Virus record (IMG/VR): IMGVR_UViG_3300013121_000023
Location: 32,001 to 96,000 of that record
Source: a virus
Lineage: Duplodnaviria > Caudoviricetes
Strand: one strand, 5' to 3'
Length of the DNA: 64,000 bases
Shown in pieces: positions 27,982-38,329 of this stretch. Every line of letters begins with the position of its first letter. Positions within the stretch are counted from its first letter, which is position 1. Both the position numbers and the translations under genes were made by a program. The notes under the pieces are model-generated. The model did no database searches. It saw nothing but the letters and a program-made list of their open reading frames with translations, and was not told where the DNA came from.

Positions 27982-28788
27982 TTAGGATTGTGGATCATAA
28001 AACAACTCCCTTATGCACGCTTCCATCAGGGCTTCTTCTTTTGTTTCTAGTGTGCTACTTTCAAAATGATATCTGAGATTATTGATAGCTTCGTCTATCT
28101 CCGACTCAGAAAAGTCTTTATGATCACATCTACTAAACATTGAATTGCTGTAGAATGTGAGCAGTATCATCATCAGTAGCTCTTGAACGTAAGTTGTATT
28201 TGTAGTAATTAGCTTAGGCAAACATGGATTAGATGACAGTGCCCTTATGTAGTGACCCCTATTAAGTACAGTAAGTTCAATATCCATGCGATTCATACTG
28301 TATAGTATTTCTCGTATTCCGTCTATTCTATTTACACTTCGTAGCATTTCTACTACATCTTGTGCATGTACTTCTGTAATTGAATCGTTTGAGTTGTCGG
28401 TGTGGTTCACATAGTTTTCTATTTCACTAAGGCATTCTATGACCGCATTTGATACAGCACAATCAACACTTACTTTTCTACTAATGGCCCTAAGTAGGCT
28501 AATTGCCTGTTTTACCTTCAGCTTATTAAGCTCACGACGTTCTATCATGGCATGGATATCTACTGAGTGTGTGTCTTGGTATCTTGTTATTATCAGCAGT
28601 ATTTTCTGTATGTATAGTCTATTGAGTACCATAAATACGGGTGTACATGGATTTTTAAGAAGCGCCTGTACATACTTAAATCTGTTCCTTAGTATTATTA
28701 CTTCATTAGTAACATTCAGTATTCCCAGCACGTTCTTTAGTTCATCCTCGCAGCTAGCTTCGAGTAGCGCTGTTTCTACCTTGTCCAT
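27982..28788 (-). CDS. NPxLP paralog with two tandem domains
   Basis: ALLKNPCTPVF and ALSSNPCLPKL. Confidence 0.7.
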   Translation of the reverse strand: MDKVETALLEASCEDELKNVLGILNVTNEVIILRNRFKYVQALLKNPCTPVFMVLNRLYIQKILLIITRYQDTHSVDIHAMIERRELNKLKVKQAISLLRAISRKVSVDCAVSNAVIECLSEIENYVNHTDNSNDSITEVHAQDVVEMLRSVNRIDGIREILYSMNRMDIELTVLNRGHYIRALSSNPCLPKLITTNTTYVQELLMMILLTFYSNSMFSRCDHKDFSESEIDEAINNLRYHFESSTLETKEEALMEACIRELFYDPQS

Positions 28789-28832
28789 AAATACACTCCT
28801 GCGAACATATCACTTGTTAAAGGCTCATAGCT

Positions 28833-28857
28833 CTTATGTCAAAAAGTGGTAGTATTT
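28833..28857 (-). promoter_or_regulatory. Phage promoter motif
   Basis: AAATA-N12-GACATAAG. Confidence 0.7.
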
Positions 28858-28861
28858 GGGC

Positions 28862-31800
28862 ATGTTGGGACCGAATAATGCTGCCGGTATGATCTCATCC
28901 ATGAGCCCTTTGCGCGGTGCTCCCATGGACACTTCGCAGTCGGCTCAAGGCCTCGTAAATGCCGGTATGAGCGGTTTGGCTGCATTTGGCGGACCTGCTT
29001 TGCAGGGAGGTATGGCCCTCATGGGGTTTGACCCACTTACAATGGGTGTAAACGCGGCCATGAGTTCATTTATGGGAGGCGCATCCATATCCAGAGCAGC
29101 TATGGCAGGTATGGGCGCTGGTGCCCTTCCAGGTATGGCCGTGATGGGCGCAACATACGTAGGCGAGAAGATGTATTCAGGTATGCAGCAACAAAACTCC
29201 CTGAATAACACACTTCGAGCAAACTATACCTTTCCAACATCTCGTGGATACGGATTCAGTAGCCAGGATATGTCCCAAATAGGCTCCGATATGAGAGCCA
29301 TGACACATCAATTCGGCCCTCAAGGAGAAATGACCTCCATGAGAGAGCTTACAGCTATAGCCGGTAAGATGGGTCAAATGGGTATGACGACTGGTGTGCG
29401 AGACGCACAGCAGTTCTCGGACAAGCTGAAGAAAACGGTAGACACGCTGAAGCAAGTAGCCACAACACTAAACACTTCACTAGAAGGTGCGCTCGACTTC
29501 GTAAATTCGACCAAATCTTCGGGTATGTTTAGAGCTGCGGACCAAGCAAAGTTCGCATCTACAGCTAGAAACACAGCCGTAGGAGCCGGTGTTGCCATGA
29601 GCGAAGTCACCGCTATGGCAAATATAGGGTCTCAGATATCTAGGTCTGTTGGCGGCTTGGGTAGACAGGGCGCATTCGGCGGAATGCAGGCCATGAACCA
29701 AGTAGGTTCTTCACTTCAATCAGGTGCCATATCTGAAGAGGACGTATACAACGCCACAGGCCTTACAGGCGCAGAAGGTAGACAGGCTCTTGCTACAGGC
29801 ATGATGCAACAGTCGGCAAGATTCTATTCTTCTGGTAGAGGTAGAAGATTCCTCGCCTCCATAGCCGGTAAAGACGGTTCTCTAAATGAACAGGCTGTGG
29901 CTGAGTACATGACTGGCGGCGTAACTACCGGACGTACCATGGAATTGGCACACCAAAACCTAGGTAAGGTAGGTAGAGCTAACTTCATCAGAAACGAAGG
30001 CAGACTTCGTGGCGCTGCCCTTGAGAAATTCGGCGCTCTAGGCCAAACGATGGCTTACAAAGAATGGCTGGAATCAAGGGGATATGACCCAAATGACATG
30101 GATGACAAAGCTATGTTGGCGTTCCAGCGCTTTAGCGGAATGAGCCGAGACGAAGCCGATGTTGCGGTGAAGATGGTCAGCAACCTCCCCCAAACAATGA
30201 GGGAGGAAAGAGAGCGTACACGTAACGATCAGTATCTTCAGAAACAGGCCGCCTATCGTAAAACTCAGGGTATAGAAGGCGCAAAGCTACGATTTCAACA
30301 TGCCAGAGAAAAGATAAACTCCAAGATAGAGTCTGTTGGCCAAGAGGTTTATAACGATCTCACTGGCTACGCAGAGACCCTCATCAATAAGCTCTTGGAC
30401 CAAACCGTTAGCAGAGCCACTGAAGACGTAGATAAGACTTTCAAAGCCGCTTCTATGGGCGGCGCTGGTGGTAAACAACTCTACCAAGCACATTTCGGTG
30501 GCAAGAAGCTAATAGGGGACACAACCACTGCAAAGGGCGGTGTGGGTAGTATGTCCTTTGGCGGCTATGGCAGCACAACTAACCAGATGGAAGGCGGAAG
30601 TATGGGCGCCACGGTTGGTAAGTTTGCTGCGGCTGGAGCTGCCTTCGGTATAGGAGGCATGGCATTGGCTGGAGCCGCTAAGTGGGCTCTTGGCCCTAGT
30701 GGCGCCGATAAATACAAAGAAGCCGGATTTGACCTCAGTGGTGCTACTGGCACTGCTGAGCAGCGTGGCCTGTACTACGAGAAGAGAATGGGCGAGGTTC
30801 AGAAGTTTATAGAATCTGCCCAAAAAGGTGATGATAGACAGTCCATGCAATTCGGTACTCGTGCTGCCGATATGCTCAGGACCGCTTATTCTCAAGGCGG
30901 TACTATAAGCGGTAGTGGTGAGAATAGAGTCGCTGCTTATCAGAAGATGCTTGAGTCCGAAGCTAAAAAGGGAAACAAAGAAGCAGCTGCTGAACTAGAG
31001 AGATTCTCTAAAGCAGATATGGCTGGTCGAGCTGGAATGATGTCAGCTGCCGAGGCTGGTGCCGGTATCAATGAAAAGGCCAGGCTCGCTAATTTTGCAA
31101 AGGCTCCCTCGGCATTTAACGTTGATAGAGGTAAATATTCTAGTCTTGCTGAGGGCGATGAAGCTGTAGGTGAAGCTCTCGGTGTTGGTAGTGCTTCAAG
31201 AGCCAAATATATAGGCGCAGCTGTTGGTGGTGTGGCTGCCGGTATATTCACTCTCGGTGCTGGCTCAGTAATGGGGGCAGCAGCTGGCAGCGCTATAGCT
31301 GAAAAGTACTTTGGCGGTGATGGAGGCAGTACGGCTAGAAGATCAGCCGGTGCATATATGCGTTCTAAGGAAGGCATTTCCATGGCATCCGGTCTCTTTG
31401 CTGCTGACGATAAAGAAAGAATGTCTGCCAGAAAGAGGGCCGAAGAACAAATGGCTGGCTTCGTTGCTGACGAAGAGAAGCACAAGCTATCTGATTCAGA
31501 CCGTGGTCGCATGGAAGCCATGAGATCTATGATGATAGGTAGCTCTTATGCTGAAGCTGTCCGATTGGGTAGGTCTGGAGACATAGATAAGTATGTCGAA
31601 AGCGTAAAGAAGATGGGCGGCAAGTACAAGGATATGTCTCGGGAAGACATAATGGCTCTCGGCCAGAAGTCTTACGAAGCAGGTACTAGTGAGTTGGCGG
31701 CCCAGCAGCGAGAAGAACATGCTGCTATGATAGGCCGTGTAAAGTCAGATGCCGCTGGTGATATAAAGAGCCTCACTGGTACCGGACTACTTACTAGAGA

Positions 31801-32515
31801 TGAAAAGACAGGCAGACTCAGCGTTTCTGCCGCCAGAATGAAGGGAGCTAGTGCAGGCACAGCTTATTTGGCATCTTATTTGGCTGAGGGACTTGAAGCA
31901 GGTGAACGCGGCGATTTGGAAGGTGTCTACAAGACTGGTGGTAGAGAGTACAAACAGCTAATGAAGATGTCTGCCGCCGATAAAAGAGATGCCGCTAGAA
32001 GGCTAGCTGGCACAGATGTAGGTATGATGGCAGCAGAGTCTCTATCTAGAGAGACTAGGATGAAAGCAGGCATCAAACGAGGTGGTGCCGAGTCTGCTGT
32101 AGCATCTGAGCTTGGGCTAGACCTAAGTAAAGACGAGCTAGCTGCTCTTAAAGGAATGAAGAGCAGCGAGGCTTCGGCCATGCTTCAAAGAAAACTTGGC
32201 ATACAAGATGAGACCTTCGGTAATGAGCTATCAAAGTCTCTACATGATGCGCGTCGCGGTAAAGTTGGCAAAGCAGGAGATGAACTTGTACGTGGCATAG
32301 CCCAATCTCCAGAAGCTCAGAAGAAGATAGCCGAGGAAAAAGAAAAGAAAGCAGACGCAGCTGATCCACAAAGAGCTATGGCTAGGGATATAAAGGCCAT
32401 GGCCGATGCTTTCAAGAAGCTTACCCCCGGTGCGGTTGGAGACGCCGTAGGTACCAGCCTAGGAGCTAAACTGGAATCCATGGGCGATAAGATTGCTCAG
32501 GCGGTGAAGAAATGA
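28862..32515 (+). CDS. Tape-measure-like virion protein
   Basis: About 1,217 aa, Gly/Ala/Met-rich and helical, with hydrophobic GAAxGG segments; upstream of baseplate genes. Confidence 0.65.
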   Translation: MLGPNNAAGMISSMSPLRGAPMDTSQSAQGLVNAGMSGLAAFGGPALQGGMALMGFDPLTMGVNAAMSSFMGGASISRAAMAGMGAGALPGMAVMGATYVGEKMYSGMQQQNSLNNTLRANYTFPTSRGYGFSSQDMSQIGSDMRAMTHQFGPQGEMTSMRELTAIAGKMGQMGMTTGVRDAQQFSDKLKKTVDTLKQVATTLNTSLEGALDFVNSTKSSGMFRAADQAKFASTARNTAVGAGVAMSEVTAMANIGSQISRSVGGLGRQGAFGGMQAMNQVGSSLQSGAISEEDVYNATGLTGAEGRQALATGMMQQSARFYSSGRGRRFLASIAGKDGSLNEQAVAEYMTGGVTTGRTMELAHQNLGKVGRANFIRNEGRLRGAALEKFGALGQTMAYKEWLESRGYDPNDMDDKAMLAFQRFSGMSRDEADVAVKMVSNLPQTMREERERTRNDQYLQKQAAYRKTQGIEGAKLRFQHAREKINSKIESVGQEVYNDLTGYAETLINKLLDQTVSRATEDVDKTFKAASMGGAGGKQLYQAHFGGKKLIGDTTTAKGGVGSMSFGGYGSTTNQMEGGSMGATVGKFAAAGAAFGIGGMALAGAAKWALGPSGADKYKEAGFDLSGATGTAEQRGLYYEKRMGEVQKFIESAQKGDDRQSMQFGTRAADMLRTAYSQGGTISGSGENRVAAYQKMLESEAKKGNKEAAAELERFSKADMAGRAGMMSAAEAGAGINEKARLANFAKAPSAFNVDRGKYSSLAEGDEAVGEALGVGSASRAKYIGAAVGGVAAGIFTLGAGSVMGAAAGSAIAEKYFGGDGGSTARRSAGAYMRSKEGISMASGLFAADDKERMSARKRAEEQMAGFVADEEKHKLSDSDRGRMEAMRSMMIGSSYAEAVRLGRSGDIDKYVESVKKMGGKYKDMSREDIMALGQKSYEAGTSELAAQQREEHAAMIGRVKSDAAGDIKSLTGTGLLTRDEKTGRLSVSAARMKGASAGTAYLASYLAEGLEAGERGDLEGVYKTGGREYKQLMKMSAADKRDAARRLAGTDVGMMAAESLSRETRMKAGIKRGGAESAVASELGLDLSKDELAALKGMKSSEASAMLQRKLGIQDETFGNELSKSLHDARRGKVGKAGDELVRGIAQSPEAQKKIAEEKEKKADAADPQRAMARDIKAMADAFKKLTPGAVGDAVGTSLGAKLESMGDKIAQAVKK

Positions 32516-32784
32516 AATCCAGACTGTTTATGGGAGTTACCCCAATAGTTCAGCCTGAAATATGCTCTGCCGAAAGAACCGAGCAGAGACGGGTGTTTCA
32601 TAAAGGCGGCAAGAGGTATGATTTTGTCGTAAGGGACAAAATCTGTATAGAAGACTACTTGATGGTCTATATCAAGGGCATTCTATACGCAGTAGATACT
32701 GGTGAGTCAGTTACTGTTCAAGTAGTACCAAAGAGCGTTAAGGACGCTCTTATAAAGTCCAACGTTATACCCAACGAGGTTTGA
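32512..32784 (+). CDS. Hypothetical protein
   Basis: ATGA-coupled to the tape-measure-like gene. Confidence 0.6.
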   Translation: MKSRLFMGVTPIVQPEICSAERTEQRRVFHKGGKRYDFVVRDKICIEDYLMVYIKGILYAVDTGESVTVQVVPKSVKDALIKSNVIPNEV

Positions 32785-32785
32785 T

Positions 32786-33149
32786 ATGCCTTGTATAGAC
32801 CTAAGCAAGACAGCTGCTCCTAGGTACGAAAAAGAAATATCTGCTGGAAATATATCTAGATCTGATGTTGCCCCAGGGGTATCCAGACGATGTTCATGCC
32901 TACGCAGCCATGAAAAGAGTAGGTGGTACTCCATGGGCTCCCCCAGCTGTTGGTGGTAAACAGCATGCTGCTTTGGATAAAATTATGGAGAACTACACGC
33001 CTAATATAGCTACTAGAGAAAAGGAACTAACTAATCACATGCTGCATGGGATTACTTCTAATAGGTTGTCGCATATACCAACTGAAGTTCCAAATAACGC
33101 AAGAGGTGTTATTGACGTACTTAAATACTTGTACACAGGAAAGCGTTAA
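32786..33149 (+). pseudogene. Frame-split gene of the K-x-A virion-protein type
   Basis: RBS plus ATG 32786 gives MPCIDLSKTAAPRYEKEI (stop 32959); protein-like sequence continues in the +1 frame to 33149. Confidence 0.4.
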
Positions 33150-33150
33150 G

Positions 33151-33186
33151 TAGCTAAAAAGAGAGTACCCCTAATGAGGTACTCTC
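33151..33186 (-). terminator. Intrinsic terminator with TTTTTAGCTAC tail
   Basis: Minus strand gagagtacctc-atta-ggggtactctc then tttttagctac. Confidence 0.85.
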
Positions 33187-33192
33187 AAAAAA

Positions 33193-33612
33193 TAAGTCGT
33201 CCCTGGAGACAATATCCTCCAGGGCTTGAGCTATATCATCATACTCTACCAACGGCAGCGACCTCCAGTCCTGCTCATCGACTGGAGGCACTGGGGTGTT
33301 TTCCCAGGCGCTCCAATATGTGCTCTTTGGGGCCGGAGCCCCAGTATCATTAAAAATCTCTAGCACGCACATTGCCCCGTCGGGCAACTCTCTAATAATG
33401 TTACGCAGTGCATTGTACTCGATTATGCAGCGGACTGCCCAGTAGAAATTTTCGCGATCATTATTATGCTTGCACGAATCCATCAATGTATCAATTCGAT
33501 TCGCTGACTCAATGTAGTGGCGCCTACGCAACCCCTCCACTAGGCAGTATTGCATAATCTCCAAAAACCAATTTACTTGACTGGGTTTTTTTATGGGGAC
33601 GATTTTTTTCAT
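33193..33612 (-). CDS. Moron-like hypothetical gene, probably leaderless (ends at TTA 33193-33195; 33154 standard)
   Basis: Own promoter and terminator inside the structural region; TTA 6 nt before hairpin. Confidence 0.7.
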
Positions 33613-33619
33613 CAATGCT

Positions 33620-33642
33620 CTTATGCCAGAAAAGTGCTATTT
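33620..33642 (-). promoter_or_regulatory. Phage promoter motif
   Basis: AAATA-N10-GGCATAAG. Confidence 0.7.
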
Positions 33643-33662
33643 TTACGTTAGAAGGGTGACAC

Positions 33663-34922
33663 ATGCCTGTATTTTTCGAGCTAACAACATCGTCCTTTTC
33701 CAGCAACATGGATAGGTTCGCTGGCAACATGACTGGTGCGCGTAGAGCCGGAATAGCCTCCGTAAGGCGCCCACTACGTGGCCTTGAGATAAAAGAGGAC
33801 ACATATGCAGTACTCAAGGTCGTAAAGGCAGATGGGAGCGAGGTGCCTGTTGCCGACTCAGCTACCTTCAAGGGTACAGGTGTCAACTACGCCAACTTTC
33901 TTTTGCAGCAAGTTACCGAAACCAGAATAGAAAAGCAGCAGCTTATAGAAACCTTTGGTGCTGCTTATGTATTCTTTTACGGCGAACAGCCAAGGTTTCT
34001 GGATGTAGCTGCACTTCTTATGAATTCAGCTGACTTCAACTGGGCGGCTGAATGGTGGTACAACTACGAAAACTTTTGGAGAGGTACCAAGCTCGCTGAA
34101 ATGGGTGCTCGCGTATACCTTCTTTACGATGACAACATCGTTGAGGGTTACATGATGTCGTCCGCTGCTACTAGAGTGTCTGCGGAACAGCACATCATTC
34201 AACTACAGTGCCGACTGTTTGTAACCCAAGTTCGTAGCATCGCTGTAGTTGGAGACCCAAACTACCCGCTACCCGCAGCTACATACATACCTGAAGGCGT
34301 GGACCTAAGAGACCCGGCTTCAAATAGGCTGCTAGACTATCTGGCTGCTACACCAGACTATGAGCAGCTTCAACAAGAAGCAGCCATCATAGCCCCGAGA
34401 CCAGACCAATTCGCTAGCTACGGCACACTCGCCGACCTGGTTAGACGAGGACTCATATCTGCCCCTGGTTCAAGCCCAGATATAGAGTCATTCGTCAGAA
34501 ATGCCGCCGCAGCCGTATATAGCGATGGGTACGTACTCTCAGAAGACGAAAAACGATGGCTCCCATTGCGTTCTAGATACGTAGACAACGTTGATGAGTG
34601 GACCGGAGCACCGCCGTTTGAGGATGTTAATATAGGCGATGTTCCAGAGGTGGACGATGTAGTTAAGACGCTAGATGGCGCTTTTGATGATTTCGATCTA
34701 CCGAAGGCTACTCCCAAACAGTATAAAGAAATGGGAGTCATACCACCACCAGATGACCCGCCCGATGAGGAAGACGAAGATGATAAAAACAAAGGCGTCG
34801 GTATGGGTCCGCCCATTATTATTGAAAGAGATCCACCTAAAGGTGACGACTGGCCACCGGATGAGCAGAAGAACCCAACACCATTTGGTCTCGGCTCAAT
34901 AGATCCGAAAGGTAAGATTTTA
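33663..34922 (+). CDS. Putative tail/baseplate structural protein (ends at TTA 34920-34922; 34934 standard)
   Basis: Beta-rich N-terminal domain and acidic/Pro tail, between the tape-measure-like and hub-like genes. Confidence 0.55.
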
Positions 34923-34924
34923 CC

Positions 34925-37900
34925 ATGTCCATAGGCGCCGCCAAGAGACTCAGGCTGAGACTTTTCATTGAAGGAATAGAGCTACCAGTAATAGGTGCGT
35001 CCATTCAGTGTCAGCCAAACTCGCCTGTAATGGCTTCTTTGCAGGTGCCTCCCTTGTCAGAGGGTACGAAAGTACTGCCAAGAAGCCTTGTCCATTTGTT
35101 CTTTTACGATCTGTACGAGTACGAAAATCCAGTCGCTACTAGGAGAGGTAACCTGTTTAGAACCGATAAGGTTCAGTACGGACCAACGCCGTATCAGGTG
35201 TCTAGAAAAAAGCTGGCCGGTATCAAAGAGGTAGATACGCCTAGCGACCTAGACGACTTCGTAAACGATCAAAAGAACCAACACTTCAAGCTACTATTTG
35301 TAGGTGAGATAGTAGGTTTTTCGTGGCAGAAAACACCAAATGGTAGGGCTCTGGTGTATCAGTGCGCAGATCCTTCTATCTATTGGGATTATGCGTATCA
35401 ATTTAACAATACTGATTTGTTCGGTCCTGGCTACAAAGCTTTGTTTAGTGGAGGCTCTACAAACCTATTCACTGATTTCTTGGATGAACCCGGTGGTGTA
35501 ATAGCACACTTGATCCAATCACCGTCTACTCAGTATCCTAATTTGAAGGGTCTACTAGGCGGCGTGGTTCATCTATTGGAAGCAATGGGTGGTTCGTATT
35601 ATTACGAAAAGAAATACGCCGGCCAAAACATATTCTTTTCCATAGCAGAACTTCGTTTGCGCATAACGCAAATGATAACTGCGCTCGAAACCGATCCAAC
35701 CGGACAAAGACTTCTGAACGCAGGTGGTTTTGGAGACCTACTAGGCAGGTCACTAGGCAGTATCGGTTCTCAGGCTTCTTTTAGGTCTGCCATAAACATG
35801 CTGATGAAGCACATATTCCATGAGACCTATGGAATACCTACGCCTAGGTTTGTGCCAGGTACAGAGGGAACAATAACAGGCTTTGTAAGAAAGAAGCTAG
35901 CGGAAGATCCTAAGTACGGTTCTGTTCTTAGCACCGCTAGAAGCATACGAGATAGCATAGAGAGCGTAGTAGCTGCACTGGTAAGTAATTCAAAGACAGG
36001 TTCTGCCAAAGAACGAGATGATATCGTCCAGAGAATAAAGACGATGCAAACGACCTGTCAAAAGATGGCTACTCAGACGCAAGCTCTTGGGTTTAAGCCT
36101 GTCTCTGGTCTGTTTAGAACAAGTGGTACTGAGCTTGGTACCGTAGCTGTAAAGGTGAGAATAAACTGGAAGCCGGGTGTAGCTGAGCCAATAGTAAAAG
36201 ATCTCAGCGACCGTCTTCTACTTGTAAATGAAAAAATGAAGCAGGTAGAAGATTATGACATACCGGTTACGTCTAAAAAAGAAGCTAGACCAGCCAGATT
36301 GAATCAACAGATATTCAGACCGGATGTATGGTTTAGCGCACCTCCTATGTGTAACGTCATCTTTCCAGATCAATACTTTGATATGGGTTACAGCCGGGAG
36401 TTTCTGAAAGAACCGACTAGGCTTCTTCTGAAGACGCACGAAGAATTTTTCGGAGAAGATGAGCTTTTCGACAACTTTTACTTCGCACCAAAAGCGTTTG
36501 GTATAAAGACAGGGAAGAACGACCTATCTTCTATACTTCAGAACGACATCATGGCCCATGAGTTGTTTACTGGGATACTCCCAGTGTTCGAGAAGATGGG
36601 CGAGCTTAACATATTTGCTGCTAGGTCTGGTACGGTTAACGGAAAAACACCAAAAGTAGGTCTTGCACAGCGTTCTACTAACTTCATGTACTTCAAGCAT
36701 AGATTTGCTGCTAGGCAGCTGTCTCTGCAAGCTTTGTTTTTGCCTTATCTAGTTCCTGGCTTTCCAGCTGTGGTTCTAGACAAGTACGTAGACATAGACG
36801 CTATAGCTCAACAAAACCAAGTCAGAAAAGCTACAGGTAGAACGCAGCTATCGTATGCAGGAACGCATTTCCTAGGCAATCTAGAGAACGTGTCGTATCA
36901 GTGCAGCCAGTCAGACGGCGGTATTACGTCCATAACAATGACGTACGCTAGACAGCACGATGAGAGCGTGGAGTTCCTTGGAGCTATAGAAAATGATCAA
37001 CAGCTAAGAAAGCGTTTTGACCAAGACGCTCTTGGCAAAGCTACTGTTGGTTCCCTCACTGTTCCTAAGTTGGGTGCTTTGGGACCGAATTACGGGATCA
37101 TTGTGGAAGTGAGAGAGGTAACTTCCAGATTCAAACCAGCAGAAGACGGTACTGAGTTCTTCTTGCCTTTGTATACTGGCTCCAGAAGAAAGGGTCCGCC
37201 AACTACTGTGACCGTGCCTATAGATGCTCCTAAAGAAGCTCGTCTACTAGGTCCAGATGTAGTCGCTGCTGTCGGTGGTGATATGAACAAGATTGTTCGA
37301 TTCAAGGCGTACGAGCTTGTCGAACAGGTGCCTAAGTATAGGCGCGTTGAAGCAGACCTACCGGCAGAAGAGTACATACGTCCAGGTTGGTACGGAGATG
37401 TTTGGCACCCGTCTCAAATAGGCAATGCCTATGATGACTTCTTCAGATGTAGGGCCATTACAGACCCGCAGCAGGTATCTGACAGTGATGGTGCTAGTAC
37501 CGGCATACCTCAGCAAGATGCTATAGACGCTCTTGCAGAGGCAGCCAGTGGTTTTGAAGTAGAAGACGACCCAAAGAAAGAAGCACCGGCCATATTGGCT
37601 TTGGATAAGGGGGCTTCTGTTCAACAGGCAGTTGACTTCATAGTCACTACTTATTCTTACGCAAAACAAAACCAGATGGACTTGGACACGTTCATAACTG
37701 GTTATATATGGCGACCTGTAGCAACCATGCTCGACATGTTTGGTACTTACGATTTGGCTCTAGACGCCGAAGGTAAAAATGTTGTCTCTGGAGTAGAGGG
37801 TTTTCACTCCAGAGCCTTTGGTCAATACGAAGACTTGTTTGGCTTGGTTACCGCAGATATAGAAAGTGTGCTGGGTATACGAAGGGGCTCAGACAAGTCA

Positions 37901-37987
37901 GCGAAGATGGATACGCGAAAGCGTAAATGGCTCGCTGTCAAAACATTTCGCGATTCTCTTGACTTGGGAGCTTCATTGATAGGATAA
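34925..37987 (+). CDS. Putative baseplate hub-like protein
   Basis: 1,020 aa; LRLFIEGIELPV N-terminus, LFVGEIVG, PYLVPGFP; position in the tail module. Confidence 0.5.
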   Translation: MSIGAAKRLRLRLFIEGIELPVIGASIQCQPNSPVMASLQVPPLSEGTKVLPRSLVHLFFYDLYEYENPVATRRGNLFRTDKVQYGPTPYQVSRKKLAGIKEVDTPSDLDDFVNDQKNQHFKLLFVGEIVGFSWQKTPNGRALVYQCADPSIYWDYAYQFNNTDLFGPGYKALFSGGSTNLFTDFLDEPGGVIAHLIQSPSTQYPNLKGLLGGVVHLLEAMGGSYYYEKKYAGQNIFFSIAELRLRITQMITALETDPTGQRLLNAGGFGDLLGRSLGSIGSQASFRSAINMLMKHIFHETYGIPTPRFVPGTEGTITGFVRKKLAEDPKYGSVLSTARSIRDSIESVVAALVSNSKTGSAKERDDIVQRIKTMQTTCQKMATQTQALGFKPVSGLFRTSGTELGTVAVKVRINWKPGVAEPIVKDLSDRLLLVNEKMKQVEDYDIPVTSKKEARPARLNQQIFRPDVWFSAPPMCNVIFPDQYFDMGYSREFLKEPTRLLLKTHEEFFGEDELFDNFYFAPKAFGIKTGKNDLSSILQNDIMAHELFTGILPVFEKMGELNIFAARSGTVNGKTPKVGLAQRSTNFMYFKHRFAARQLSLQALFLPYLVPGFPAVVLDKYVDIDAIAQQNQVRKATGRTQLSYAGTHFLGNLENVSYQCSQSDGGITSITMTYARQHDESVEFLGAIENDQQLRKRFDQDALGKATVGSLTVPKLGALGPNYGIIVEVREVTSRFKPAEDGTEFFLPLYTGSRRKGPPTTVTVPIDAPKEARLLGPDVVAAVGGDMNKIVRFKAYELVEQVPKYRRVEADLPAEEYIRPGWYGDVWHPSQIGNAYDDFFRCRAITDPQQVSDSDGASTGIPQQDAIDALAEAASGFEVEDDPKKEAPAILALDKGASVQQAVDFIVTTYSYAKQNQMDLDTFITGYIWRPVATMLDMFGTYDLALDAEGKNVVSGVEGFHSRAFGQYEDLFGLVTADIESVLGIRRGSDKSAKMDTRKRKWLAVKTFRDSLDLGASLIG

Positions 37988-37993
37988 GTGAAG

Positions 37994-38329
37994 ATGAACG
38001 TGTACCCTACTGTTGTGGATACAAGCTCCTTTTACAGGTCTTTTATGGAAGAGTTCTCAAAGCTCGCGGCTAGTAAAGACTTTGCACGAGCTTTGTTTCA
38101 GGTATCTTCCAAAGTAAGAAGTGGAAAGACGCCCATATCCATAGCAAACTTGATCAAAAAGGCTGCCACCGGACCAAAGAAGCAGCCCTGGGAGCCACCA
38201 AGCCCAGAAGATGGTGTAGAAGCTCCTAAAACAGACGAAAGACGGCTGTTTACTCATCTGGGAGCTGGTACAGGTCAACTCAATAGGCAGGAACAGGCTA
38301 TGACAGCCAATACGGAGTGGTGGACATGA
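37994..38329 (+). CDS. Putative virion-internal protein (K-x-A motif)
   Basis: SFMEEFSKLAA, LIKKAA. Confidence 0.6.
   Translation: MNVYPTVVDTSSFYRSFMEEFSKLAASKDFARALFQVSSKVRSGKTPISIANLIKKAATGPKKQPWEPPSPEDGVEAPKTDERRLFTHLGAGTGQLNRQEQAMTANTEWWT

Noticed and set aside
263-33195. Terminators embedded in coding tails producing non-stop mRNAs (263, 21665, 24896, 33154)
   Set aside because: Explained more simply by the in-frame TTA just upstream of each hairpin
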